A stretch of DNA of 57,403 nt, from IMG/VR virus record IMGVR_UViG_3300046170_000265, positions 1-57,403 of that record; one strand, given 5' to 3'. A program made the translations under genes and the position numbers. Shown one piece after another: positions 35,249-44,624 of the stretch. Every line of letters starts with the position of its first letter. Position 1 is the stretch's first letter. The DNA is from a virus. Taxonomy: Duplodnaviria; Caudoviricetes. The notes beneath the pieces are model-generated. The model searched no databases, was not told the DNA's origin, and worked only from the letters and a program-made list of their open reading frames with translations.

Positions 35249-35758
35249 CTAGCCCATAGCTAACGCTTGTTTTCTTGTCTCGTCATTTCTTCTTAACCAC
35301 CCTCGCCCAAACACATCAAAGTTAGACAGTGAGCGATAGAACTCTTCCCGATACACCGCAATTCTGTTGATGATATTTGCCACTTCATGCTTCTTAACGA
35401 GCATAAGGGTCAGTGGCCCGACAGAACCGTCTTCTTCGGCCTCTACAGCCTTCTGGAGCGTCCTTGCGGCTCTTCCAGTACCAGCGTTAACAGCGAAGTC
35501 AAAGACCGCCCAGTCAAGCCCTGAAGCTAGGTCTTGGCAGCGGCATCTGTTCCAGTAATTACGCCGATAGATTGGCTCAACGTCACCCTTCGTAAGAGCC
35601 TTCATGACCTCTTCAGTAGCATCGCCACCATAGAACTCATCATAGACCCGTTTTGTTACCCCGAGGTTGGTTTTGCCTCCGCTGTCGCGACTATCGTCCG
35701 AATACCCACCTTCGTGGGCTAGCAGCATCGTCATGCACACATCAAAGTTCTGGTTCAT
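35249..35758 (-). CDS. Endolysin, glycoside hydrolase family 108 with peptidoglycan-binding domain
   Basis: HEGGY, DSGGKTNLGVT, FDFAVNAG and FGRGWLRR motifs. Confidence 0.92.
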   Translation of the reverse strand: MNQNFDVCMTMLLAHEGGYSDDSRDSGGKTNLGVTKRVYDEFYGGDATEEVMKALTKGDVEPIYRRNYWNRCRCQDLASGLDWAVFDFAVNAGTGRAARTLQKAVEAEEDGSVGPLTLMLVKKHEVANIINRIAVYREEFYRSLSNFDVFGRGWLRRNDETRKQALAMG

Positions 35759-35946
35759 GCCTCTGCTCCGTTAATAATTGAGCATTTGTATTCGACCGAC
35801 TGCCAATTACCATCCTGTGGAAAATCTTCGTGGAGAGCCTTCATCTGGATGCATTCAGGTTTGTCTTCAAACCACGCGATAGTCTGAGATGCACACTTAT
35901 CGTTTAGGCAAACAGTGAGTAATAAAGTCCATATAATCTGGGTCAT
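35755..35946 (-). CDS. Small exported Cys-containing protein in the lysis cassette
   Basis: Hydrophobic N-terminus, four Cys, coupled to the endolysin gene. Confidence 0.6.
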   Translation of the reverse strand: MTQIIWTLLLTVCLNDKCASQTIAWFEDKPECIQMKALHEDFPQDGNWQSVEYKCSIINGAEA

Positions 35947-35948
35947 TT

Positions 35949-36341
35949 CTATTTACCCTTCCGCAACATTTTGGCTGCTTGGCCTACGCCCTTGATGCCG
36001 AAGCTGCTGCTGATGGCAATAAACAATAGGTACTGATACCAGTCTGGTAAGGTCGCCAAGATAGCGAAGCCTTCTTGGACTTTGTCTGGAACGAAGTAGA
36101 CGGCTACTGCTGGGGCCATTAGGGCCACAAGAGCAAACTCGTCTTTCCAAGATGACGCTGTGTTTTCTATAGCGGCCTGTTCCCAGTCGATGTCACCTGT
36201 CGCTACTTTCTCAGCAACCACCGCCCTGCTCTTTGCTTCAGCTACGTTTGCCTCTGCTTTGGCTTTGGTGGATGCCACCTTTCCTTCCATCCATGCACCA
36301 GCGATGCTGGCGATAGGGGAAATTAGTGCAGACCAAATCAT
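35949..36341 (-). CDS. Probable holin (3TM-holin-like)
   Basis: Hydrophobic segments, SWKDE and LPDWYQYLL motifs, basic C-terminus. Confidence 0.65.
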   Translation of the reverse strand: MIWSALISPIASIAGAWMEGKVASTKAKAEANVAEAKSRAVVAEKVATGDIDWEQAAIENTASSWKDEFALVALMAPAVAVYFVPDKVQEGFAILATLPDWYQYLLFIAISSSFGIKGVGQAAKMLRKGK

Positions 36342-36790
36342 TGGCTTGCCTCCTTTAAAATTAATGCAAAAATGCCCAGCACGGTTAGGGCCAGTCCGAT
36401 AGAGACAGCCCAGTAGATGCAGAGCATGATGTTGTCTTGAAGTTTGAGTGATTTGAGCCGCGCTTCTTTGGCTGCTTCGGCTCTTTGGCGTCTGGCTTCA
36501 GCACAGAATTTGACATAATCGTTGTACATGTTGGCTCTGCCGTACAACTGCATCATTGACCGAAGTTCAGCCTCTTTACGCCTCAGTTCATCTAAGGCAA
36601 GAAACTCTTCTAAGTCAGACTTTGAGCCATCAAGATTTGTGCCTCTGTCGTGGGCTTTCTTCTGGATGACATCTTTGTTGAGGGTGAAGTCGGATATGGC
36701 CTTGCCAGCTTTGGCAATGTCTGAGCCATTCTCGACACATTTCTTAATTATTGCGAAAGCAGCATTTGCTGCTGCAATCTCTGCCAGCAT
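36338..36790 (-). CDS. Membrane-anchored coiled-coil protein in the lysis cassette
   Basis: C-terminal transmembrane segment; stop overlaps the holin start. Confidence 0.7.
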   Translation of the reverse strand: MLAEIAAANAAFAIIKKCVENGSDIAKAGKAISDFTLNKDVIQKKAHDRGTNLDGSKSDLEEFLALDELRRKEAELRSMMQLYGRANMYNDYVKFCAEARRQRAEAAKEARLKSLKLQDNIMLCIYWAVSIGLALTVLGIFALILKEASQ

Positions 36791-36823
36791 AGAGCGTCTC
36801 CACTAGGGGTTACGCTCTCCTTA

Positions 36824-37027
36824 TTAAAGTTTCATCAAAAGGCTTCCTGCTAGGCCAACGATGACCACCGTTGACCCCATTATCATGGCTTCCAAACGCC
36901 ACAAGCGTTTATCAAGACCTGATAGTTTATCTTCTACAGACGCATAACGTACTGCACATTCCTTTTCGTGAGCCTCAAGTTCCAAGGCGACACGCAATTC
37001 TGGGGTGATGGCTTGCTCTAGCTTCAT
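36824..37027 (-). CDS. Small coiled-coil plus transmembrane protein
   Basis: HEKECAVRY..LDKRLWRLE followed by a hydrophobic tail. Confidence 0.7.
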   Translation of the reverse strand: MKLEQAITPELRVALELEAHEKECAVRYASVEDKLSGLDKRLWRLEAMIMGSTVVIVGLAGSLLMKL

Positions 37028-37386
37028 GCTGGCTTCTCAGGCCAAGTAACATCATCTAGTGATGTAGCACTGGTTGTAATGTCACGAAGTGCCTGACGAT
37101 AATCAAGCTGTGCTTGAGTTGCCGTAGCAGTGTCAGACAATGCCCAATGGTCTGTTTGTTTCAGCATACCATCACGAACCATTCGTAACATTTTTAACGG
37201 TTCTGCATTTTCAAGTGCTGTAACTCCAGCCTCAAACTCTTCTTCTGTGGGCTTAGTGTGTTCTGTGGTCATCCACTCAAGGTTTGCATAGACAGGCTCA
37301 CCATAGAAAACAAAAGCTCCAGTAACCGTTTCGTCTCCAATATGCTGGACAATAGAACCAGCCGCAAACTTTTGATATCTATCCAC
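37024..37386 (-). CDS. Tail fibre assembly chaperone-like protein
   Basis: LR..RD..L..TD.W, YRQALRDIT and WPEKP motifs; GTG start after a GGGAG RBS. Confidence 0.75.
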   Translation of the reverse strand: MDRYQKFAAGSIVQHIGDETVTGAFVFYGEPVYANLEWMTTEHTKPTEEEFEAGVTALENAEPLKMLRMVRDGMLKQTDHWALSDTATATQAQLDYRQALRDITTSATSLDDVTWPEKPA

Positions 37387-38227
37387 GGTCAATTCTCCCT
37401 CTGAAAATAAAACTATAAGTGTTAGAGGCACTACTGAAGTGGGTGCTGGTTGTATAAGTATCTAAATATTGATTAGACGCACCTCCGTTCCACGGAACAA
37501 TCAGTTGCACTTCATAAACATTGTAATACCAGTCATAGTGAGAAGCCCCAAAGCTTGTTGCATAGGTACTGCTTGGTTGGCTTTCTTGTATCCAATAACC
37601 GTTACAGTAGCCATGTGAGGTGTTTCCACCGTTGAATTGAAAGTAAAAACCACATATGAGAGCGATAGTGTTGCTGTTGGTGTAACTTGACATATCAGTA
37701 TGGGCTATTCGAGTAGCAGACGGGCTAGTGTTGAAGCCACTCAGCAAAGTCACGCCTGCTCTACTAATCGAGATGGGGCTTGTTGATAGCTTTGCGCTAG
37801 GTAGTGATGCGTCAGCAATACGAGCTGCGGCTAGTGTGCCTGTGCTAAGTGCAGAGGCGTCTAGGCCAGTGGACGGAAGCCTAGCAGCGGCTAGTGTGCC
37901 TGTGGTTAGAGTAGAAGCATCAGTCGATGCTGGAAGGTTCGTTAGGCTAGAGCCATCTCCGGCAAAGCTAGTGGCACTTACCGCACCGCCTGATGCCACG
38001 GTCACTTGGTTGTGGTTATCAATGCCCAGACTGGTTAAGGTTGGTGTCGGAATACCAGTTAGGTTTGCACCGGATACCGCTGGCAGTGTCGTAGGAAATC
38101 TACCGTCTGGCAGAGTGCCTGTGCTAAGTGCAGATGCGTCATTAGACGCTGGTACGTTGTCGAGTGCTGTAGACACAACATCCCCATTCGCGTCCAGTAA
38201 GGAGGCGAGGTCGTTAGCTTTTGTCAT
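37379..38227 (-). CDS. Short tail fibre protein
   Basis: Three DAS.L.TGTL...R repeats, F.GDGS.LTNLP motif, aromatic-rich C-terminal domain. Confidence 0.7.
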   Translation of the reverse strand: MTKANDLASLLDANGDVVSTALDNVPASNDASALSTGTLPDGRFPTTLPAVSGANLTGIPTPTLTSLGIDNHNQVTVASGGAVSATSFAGDGSSLTNLPASTDASTLTTGTLAAARLPSTGLDASALSTGTLAAARIADASLPSAKLSTSPISISRAGVTLLSGFNTSPSATRIAHTDMSSYTNSNTIALICGFYFQFNGGNTSHGYCNGYWIQESQPSSTYATSFGASHYDWYYNVYEVQLIVPWNGGASNQYLDTYTTSTHFSSASNTYSFIFRGRIDRG

Positions 38228-38228
38228 G

Positions 38229-41084
38229 TTAATTTGCCTCTAATGCCGCTAGGCGTGTTTCAATATTAGCCAGACGCTGTTCAGTTGCAGCACCTACAAA
38301 GGAAAGCAACTCAGGATAGCGGATGCCCATCCGTGTGCGTTTAGTTGCACCCTCTGGGGCTTCTTCTGCTGTGTCGTAGATGTCTGTGCTTGTATAAGCT
38401 GCAACGGCTTCTATGCCGTTTTCTTCGTCTGCTTCAACAGCCGGAACCTCTGTCTGTGTTTCCCACCAAGTATTGCTAATAAAAAACGCATAGTCACCAG
38501 CATCTAAACCAGCGGCAGTCATAGCTGCTTGAACATCTTGTGCAATTACGCCAGCATGTGTTCTAGCTGCATCACCTTTGGCTTCGACTGCGCTGTTCCA
38601 CTTAAACGTCTTAAACAGTGTGCTAATAGATTTAGCGGCTGTCATTTCAGCGTTAGTTAGTGTTGCAATTTGCTGCTTTTCATTCTGGTCAGATGTTTGA
38701 ATAGTGCCGTTGGTGGCACGAATATCGTCCCATCTGTAGCTAGGGTGTCCACAATCATAAGTGTTATCTACTGCTGTCCCATTGATATTTGTGGGAAGTA
38801 AACAAGCTTGATAAAAAGAAATTCCTGTATTTTGAGCTTGGTCTGCAAGAAATATTCTACCACCAGCGTCGCCAATTTTACCCACATTACTACCAGAGTT
38901 ACCAAAATGTATTAGGCTAGTACCACTCGCATTAGCTGTGCGTGTAACATACAAAGGAGCATTTGAACCATTTGATTGAATAACAGTGTAACCATTTGCA
39001 GTATTATTACTATGCATAATGCCGGTTACATTCTCGCCACCATTACCATTTAAAACAGTGCCTACCGCTTCACCAACCCAAAAACCACCACTGCTATTGA
39101 GCCGCATTTTCTCAATGTTGTTTGTGTAAAATTCAATATTAGCATTTTCAGATTGTTGGATTCGCATATGTTTGCTGCTACTTCTGCCAACAAGTGAACC
39201 TGCTACACTATCTCCAGCTTGCGAAAACTGTATGAAGTTATTTCCATTTTCTAAAATAGATAGTTTGTAAGCAGGACTTGCAGTGCCAATGCCCACGCGG
39301 CCACTGCTGTCGATGCGCATTGCTTCTGAGTTATTAGAGTAGAAAGTAGGAAAATAAGTGCCGCTGGAGTTGATTGCACCCATACGCACTTCACCGCCAA
39401 CAGGGTTAAGCAATATGCCACCCTTTGCATCACCGGAATATTCTAATACATAACCGTCAGTATCGCTTAGACCAATGCTTGCTGAAACTTTCTTGGTTGG
39501 TGAAGCAGTGCCAATGCCCACTTTGTCGCCATCTAAAATGATATCAAAGTTAGTATCGATTGTGACATCAGTGCTTGAAGATGCATTTGTTATTGTATCA
39601 ACCGCTAAACTGCCTGTTACTTGTGCGCCAAAAGAGGTGGTGGCTATTTTGGCTGCGTTGTCGTGGTAAAGAGTTGCCGCACCATCATCTGTAAAGCCAG
39701 CAAGGTTTTCACCACCATCCGCAGAGCGAATAAACACGCCGCTAGTTCCTTGAATATACAGTGACCCAGTACCAGAATCTGTTATGAATGAGTTACTACC
39801 ATCGTGATTGATGGTTAAGTCATTGCCAGCACCGAAAATAGCACTGTTATTATCACCAAAGTTTACATTGTTGCCGTTGGTGTCTAGGTTGCCCCCAAGC
39901 TGCGGGGTTGTGTCTTGGACGACATCTGAAATCCCTGCGGCTGGCAAGTTAGTCAAAGCAGAACCATCGCCACTGAAGGCAGTCGCAGTCATTGTGCCAT
40001 TCACAGTCACATTAGACTGGAATGTACCACCATTGGTTTTACTAACCATGTCAGCCGTAGTGAATGACTTGAACGCTACGATATTGATTTCGTCACCAAC
40101 TGCTGCTGCTACCGCCAGAACAATGCTTGTTCCGCTAGTGGCTGTATAGTCAGTGCCATCCTCAAGGACGATGCCGTTTCTGGTGACAATGAGGTTGTTC
40201 ACTGTGTAGCTGAGTGTATTGCTGTTCTCGTCTGAGCCACTGAATGTGGTCTGAGATGCAGTCGCAGTGTAGTGGTAGTTGTTTAAGCTGGCTGAACCAG
40301 CCGAAGAAGCTGCAATCCACCCTGCTCCATCAAATATCCGCATTTCGTTTGCATCGGCTGAGAAAAACAAACTTCCGCTGACCAATGCGTTACCGTCATT
40401 GTCGAGTGCTGGGCCAGTCTGAGCCGTGGCATAACCTGTTTTTGAACCAAGATACCTATCATCAAATTGGTCATAGCTGTTCTCTGCCGCTGCTGCCGAA
40501 GCTGCTGCTGACACCTGAGATGCTGAAGCTGCTAAAACTGATGCTGCTGACGCAGCTACATCTAGTCCAGTTTGAACACGGTCTGCTGCGGTAGCCACGG
40601 CATCTGCTGCTGCGTCTGTGGCTTCGCTAGCTGCGACTTGTGAGTAGTGTTTAGCTGAGTATTCTGAGCCATCTACGGTTGAACCTAAAGTGGTTGCCCA
40701 TTCTTTAGATGCACCGCCACTGCCGGTAACCCCTGTCCCACCGACTGCCCATGCTTTTGAGGCGTAGTCGGTGCTGTCAACAATACCATTAGTCTTTACA
40801 GCCCAGTCTTGAGCGTTATCGGATGATGACTGAGATGCAACGGCTGAAGCTGCGGCTGACGAAGCTTCTGAAGTTGCGGAAGTCGCGCTTGTTGCGGCGG
40901 CGTTCTGGCTAACCAGAGCTGCTGCGGCACTTGCGGCTGCATTGGTCTCTGAGGTTTGCGCTGCGTTCTCGCTGGCAAGCGCAGCTTGTTCTGACGCAAG
41001 GGCTGCGGCGGCTGAAGCAGCTGCGCTACCTTGCAATTGAGTGCTTGTGCCTGTGTTCTTAAAAAAACTGGATGAAGCTGCCAT
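38229..41084 (-). CDS. Tail fibre with C-terminal intramolecular chaperone (peptidase S74-like)
   Basis: Ala-rich coiled N-terminus, VGIGTASP repeats, TSDQNEK, GVIAQDV and GIRYPEL motifs. Confidence 0.88.
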   Translation of the reverse strand: MAASSSFFKNTGTSTQLQGSAAASAAAALASEQAALASENAAQTSETNAAASAAAALVSQNAAATSATSATSEASSAAASAVASQSSSDNAQDWAVKTNGIVDSTDYASKAWAVGGTGVTGSGGASKEWATTLGSTVDGSEYSAKHYSQVAASEATDAAADAVATAADRVQTGLDVAASAASVLAASASQVSAAASAAAAENSYDQFDDRYLGSKTGYATAQTGPALDNDGNALVSGSLFFSADANEMRIFDGAGWIAASSAGSASLNNYHYTATASQTTFSGSDENSNTLSYTVNNLIVTRNGIVLEDGTDYTATSGTSIVLAVAAAVGDEINIVAFKSFTTADMVSKTNGGTFQSNVTVNGTMTATAFSGDGSALTNLPAAGISDVVQDTTPQLGGNLDTNGNNVNFGDNNSAIFGAGNDLTINHDGSNSFITDSGTGSLYIQGTSGVFIRSADGGENLAGFTDDGAATLYHDNAAKIATTSFGAQVTGSLAVDTITNASSSTDVTIDTNFDIILDGDKVGIGTASPTKKVSASIGLSDTDGYVLEYSGDAKGGILLNPVGGEVRMGAINSSGTYFPTFYSNNSEAMRIDSSGRVGIGTASPAYKLSILENGNNFIQFSQAGDSVAGSLVGRSSSKHMRIQQSENANIEFYTNNIEKMRLNSSGGFWVGEAVGTVLNGNGGENVTGIMHSNNTANGYTVIQSNGSNAPLYVTRTANASGTSLIHFGNSGSNVGKIGDAGGRIFLADQAQNTGISFYQACLLPTNINGTAVDNTYDCGHPSYRWDDIRATNGTIQTSDQNEKQQIATLTNAEMTAAKSISTLFKTFKWNSAVEAKGDAARTHAGVIAQDVQAAMTAAGLDAGDYAFFISNTWWETQTEVPAVEADEENGIEAVAAYTSTDIYDTAEEAPEGATKRTRMGIRYPELLSFVGAATEQRLANIETRLAALEAN

Positions 41085-41102
41085 GTCTTTATTCCTCTTT
41101 AA

Positions 41103-41708
41103 TCAGCATATGTGTAAGCCGGTTGCATAACTTGCATCCCGCCAGTTCAGCTCTTGGTCATTGCTCTGTTCTTGTAATTCGGTGAGGAACTGATTGAACT
41201 TGGCTTCGAAAACTGATGAGCGTTCATCAAGGTAGAAATCTGCACTGTAGGCCAACGCTCCGTAGATGATGAGGTCGGGTGCAACAGCTGCCAGTGTGTT
41301 TTCATCTGTATTTGCGACCATTGGGGCAAATTCACTGTAGTAATACAGAACCAAATCCCCAGAAGTTGGTTGCGGGTGCAGAATGAGGTTCTGCTGTTGG
41401 CGTGTGAAATGCTTGGGGCTGCCTTGAATTGGGTTCGCTACATATGGCCTCATTTTTCCCATCGGTATGCGTTGCAGCTCTTTATCATCAAAATAGATGC
41501 TGATGATTTCCAAGAAATCTGTCGGCAAGGTTATCTGAGGCGTGGTGGTTGTGAGCGTGTAAGTTAGGACGCTTTCGTTGAGCGGGGTGCGCAGCTGCCG
41601 TTGAATACGTGCGATAGATTGGTCAATGAATGTTGTGGTAAGGGCCGCTGTAATATCTGAGCGGTTCAGTAGTGCTTCAAAGTGACTTTTGATATCGCCG
41701 TAATTCAT
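41103..41708 (-). CDS. Head-tail adaptor / tail tubular A-like protein; C-terminus possibly frameshifted
   Basis: LNRSD, I.R.LR, LPTDFLE and PDLIIYGAL pattern of podoviral adaptors. Confidence 0.75.
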   Translation of the reverse strand: MNYGDIKSHFEALLNRSDITAALTTTFIDQSIARIQRQLRTPLNESVLTYTLTTTTPQITLPTDFLEIISIYFDDKELQRIPMGKMRPYVANPIQGSPKHFTRQQQNLILHPQPTSGDLVLYYYSEFAPMVANTDENTLAAVAPDLIIYGALAYSADFYLDERSSVFEAKFNQFLTELQEQSNDQELNWRDASYATGLHIC

Positions 41709-41711
41709 AAT

Positions 41712-41864
41712 TTAAGCCCTGCCCGTTTTCTTTTTCTTTGGTTTCGCTGTCGCTGCTGCCTTGCGAAAAGCAGCATCGCTCGGCGCACCTTTGTCGCCAG
41801 CCGACCGCATCTTTTTACCGCTAGCACGGCGTTCGTGGATGTTTGCATAAAGCCCGGGCTTCAT
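41712..41864 (-). CDS. Small basic protein MKPGLYANIH...
   Basis: GGGGG RBS, TAATG coupling to the upstream ORF. Confidence 0.7.
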   Translation of the reverse strand: MKPGLYANIHERRASGKKMRSAGDKGAPSDAAFRKAAATAKPKKKKTGRA

Positions 41865-41947
41865 TAGTAAGCCCCCTTTGTTCGCTTGGCACATTTGCCA
41901 GCTTTGCGGCACTTCGCCTTCGTTTTGCATGATTTGCAAAGGGTCAT
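41864..41947 (-). CDS. 27-aa Cys/Lys-rich microprotein MTLCKSCKTKAKCRKAGKCAKRTKGAY
   Basis: AGGAG RBS; stop overlaps the next ATG; below the ORF-track length cutoff. Confidence 0.65.
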   Translation of the reverse strand: MTLCKSCKTKAKCRKAGKCAKRTKGAY

Positions 41948-41956
41948 ATCGTTCTC

Positions 41957-42274
41957 CTAGATACTTTTGTCTGTGGTTAAAAAGCCGTCCAAGTTTTCAG
42001 CTTTCAATCTGGATACAATCTCTGCACCCGTGATGTTTCTATCGGACATGATGTCGAAGCCTTCACGCCGCCACTTCTCGACCACAACAGTGGGAATTGA
42101 AGCTACACGCATGAAGTTACCTTCTCGCTGTCCACGGCTGGCGTCTCGCTCTCGCTTCAGGCCATCCATAAATGATTGAGGTATGTGCTGTGTATGTTTG
42201 CGGGTAAGCGTTTCGTCATCTTCTTCAACAAAGTTGGTATCGATGCCGATAAGGTTCGTGTCACGTTTTGACAT
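41957..42274 (-). CDS. Conserved hypothetical protein downstream of the capsid gene
   Basis: AGGAGA RBS; RVASIP.VVVEKW..EG.DI motif. Confidence 0.75.
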   Translation of the reverse strand: MSKRDTNLIGIDTNFVEEDDETLTRKHTQHIPQSFMDGLKRERDASRGQREGNFMRVASIPTVVVEKWRREGFDIMSDRNITGAEIVSRLKAENLDGFLTTDKSI

Positions 42275-42318
42275 GAGTTCTCCTATTGGTGTCTTTTTTA
42301 GGGATAAATTAAGAGAGA

Positions 42319-42356
42319 CGAGAGGCGCGACAAGGAGAGCAAATTCGCACCCCTCG
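42319..42356 (-). ncRNA. Conserved stem-loop downstream of capsid gene B, loop AUUUGCUCUCCUUG
   Basis: 12-bp stem CGAGGGGUGCGA/UCGCGCCUCUCG that is fully paired only on the minus strand (two G-U pairs). Confidence 0.6.
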
Positions 42357-42368
42357 CCCTCTAACTGT

Positions 42369-43259
42369 TTAGCTTAGGCCGGTAATCATACCTGAGTCTG
42401 AATACGACATATGCTTGAGCGAGTATTCGCCGACAATCGCATGGCGGTCGCCGTCTTGCTGTTTCGCAAGCAGTGTCCGTGTAAACGGACGCAGTACGCA
42501 TGAGCGGAACATGGTTGGGTCGATAAGCAGAGCGTGAGTGCTTAACAAGTGGCGGTTCAAAATGACGCGATATTCACCATAGGGGCTAACGTACAAATCA
42601 ATAGCGTTAACCAAGGTTTTATTGCCATCATTGATTTCACGGCTACGCCCAGAGGCTGCAGTGAAGCCAGCAACGATTTGTGCGTCAGCTGGTTTAATCA
42701 TGAAGGTAGTTGGGTCTGAACCATTGCCGTAACAATCTTCGCCTAGCTCCAGAAGTTTTGCTTCTGTTAGTGGGTCGGTAGCGTTTGAACCAGCATCTAC
42801 AGTTGTAGAAATCTGCGGGATAACACTATCCATCTCACGGGCGGTTGAAGCGTTACCAGTTACCTTGGCGTTGTCTTGGCCCACATAAGCAAATTCTAAA
42901 TCACGCTTTATGGATTTTAGGGCTTTCGACAGCTGATGAGCCGTTTCTTTTGCCCTGCCGTGTAGCCGAATTGAGTCAGCTGTGGCGGTCACCTCAAACA
43001 CATCAGAAAGTATCTGCGTATTATTAGTGCGTAAGGTTGTTGCTGAACGAGCTACGTTCACAAATTCAGCTCCCTCGACAGCCTTATTATCGGCTGCGTT
43101 TGGAAGCGCATCTTCCATCCATTCAAATACGCGAGCATTCACTTTTTCGGATTTGATAAGGGAAGTAAAAGGGGTGTCCGTAGGGGTAATCGAAGTGATA
43201 ATCGAACTGACATCCTCCGCTTTACCTACTTGGTCGTAGGTGGAAAATTCGTTTGCCAT
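42369..43259 (-). CDS. Major capsid protein B (SU10/DUF5309-like)
   Basis: Intact 296-aa ORF; EDVSSIITSITPTDTPF, NNTQI and LKSIKRDLE motifs. Confidence 0.9.
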   Translation of the reverse strand: MANEFSTYDQVGKAEDVSSIITSITPTDTPFTSLIKSEKVNARVFEWMEDALPNAADNKAVEGAEFVNVARSATTLRTNNTQILSDVFEVTATADSIRLHGRAKETAHQLSKALKSIKRDLEFAYVGQDNAKVTGNASTAREMDSVIPQISTTVDAGSNATDPLTEAKLLELGEDCYGNGSDPTTFMIKPADAQIVAGFTAASGRSREINDGNKTLVNAIDLYVSPYGEYRVILNRHLLSTHALLIDPTMFRSCVLRPFTRTLLAKQQDGDRHAIVGEYSLKHMSYSDSGMITGLS

Positions 43260-43288
43260 GTTGTAAGTATTCCTTTTTGGCTATTGGG

Positions 43289-44321
43289 TTATGTTTCCCA
43301 ACGCTTCAAAAGAACTTCAGCAATATCGTCGATGTCACTTCCTGCAGACTGTGCCAGCTTTGCCTCTGCATCTTGGATGCGCTTGGCTTTAAGCTGGGCG
43401 TTATTCGCCGGTGACTTATTAGATTTAAGCACCTTCTTGGCGACACGCTTTTTCTTTGTGGTGGTGACTTGCTTGGCTTGGTCGTAAAGACGAGCCTTGT
43501 TCAGCACCTTGATAACCACAGGGTCTACGTAGTTGTTGACTTGTTCTTCGGGCAATCCAAGCCCGATAGCATATGACCTGATATCGTCATAAAGCTGATT
43601 GTTCCAATCCGGCACATCTTGCTCCAGCACCTTTACAGCCTCTTTGGCTGCATCTTGCATTGCTGCTTGTTGCTGTTGCTTTAGTCCGTCATAGAAGCTG
43701 GCTTGCTTCTTCTTTGATAAATTTCAAATCATTGTGTGCGTCCTGAGCTTCTTTGCGCAGTTGCGTGAAGTCAGCGTCATCCAAGTTCTTTGAAGCTAAA
43801 ATCATGTCAACTTCTGAATATGGTTGGTAGCGTTCTTCAGCCTTCTGCACCATGCGCTGCAGGATAGCATCGGTTTTGCCGATATTGTCTTCAGCCTCTT
43901 TGCGTTGAGCTGCTACTTCTTGAGACTTTCTGGTAAGGCTTGCTTCTTGTCCGTAAAGACGCTTCAAATCTTTGATGGATGCCTGTTTGGTTTCGCCTTC
44001 GACTGAGATTTCAATGAGAGTGTCATCGTCAACTTCGACAGTTTCCTCTTCATCATCTTCTTCTTGGTCTTCGGCTTCTTCCTCTTCTTCGTCAGGGTCT
44101 ATCTCTTCATCTTCGTCATCTAGTTCGACTTCTTCAATCGCCTCATCTTCCTGCTCTTGGACATCTTTAGTCTCGTCATTGTCCTGAGCAGTAGCCTCTT
44201 CCGTAGCTTGTTCTGATGGCTGGTCACCAGCGTCTTCCCATCGCTTCAAAAGGGCGTCAGCCGCTTCGTTAACATCTAACGCTTGCGGCCTCTGTTCTTG
44301 AGATGTTTGCACGTTATCCAT
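43289..44321 (-). CDS. Capsid scaffolding protein B, frameshift near 43690
   Basis: ORFs 43689-44360 and 43289-43660 together match scaffold A. Confidence 0.8.
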
Positions 44322-44599
44322 GGTGCTATTCTCCACTGTTATCGTTGGCCTCAGCTTCACGCTTGGTCAGTATTTCGTCACGAATTGCCACACGCTGCTT
44401 TAAGCGTATGGACAACTCCGACAAGACCTCTGTAGTGAAAATAAGACTGTTCTCTTTGGTCGGCTTCTTCAGGTTTCGAGTTAACAAATCCCTGAAATGC
44501 CTCTTCTACTAGACTGTTCACAATGCTATTGAACGTATTGTTTTTCAATAACTCTTCAGCCTGATTGCCTTGGTCATACAAGGCATCTTCGTCTTGCAT
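44314..44599 (-). CDS. Small conserved head-module protein B; end approximate, frameshifted
   Basis: AAGGAGAG RBS; homolog of 2084-2371. Confidence 0.7.
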
Positions 44600-44624
44600 A
44601 GAATTCTCTCCTTAAAGTGTTAGC

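Noticed and set aside
37379-41084. Diversity-generating retroelement or invertible tail-fibre cassette
   Set aside because: No reverse transcriptase, invertase or adenine-variant template repeat was seen. The GCGGCTAGTGTGCCTGTG repeats encode the TGTLAA peptide repeat.
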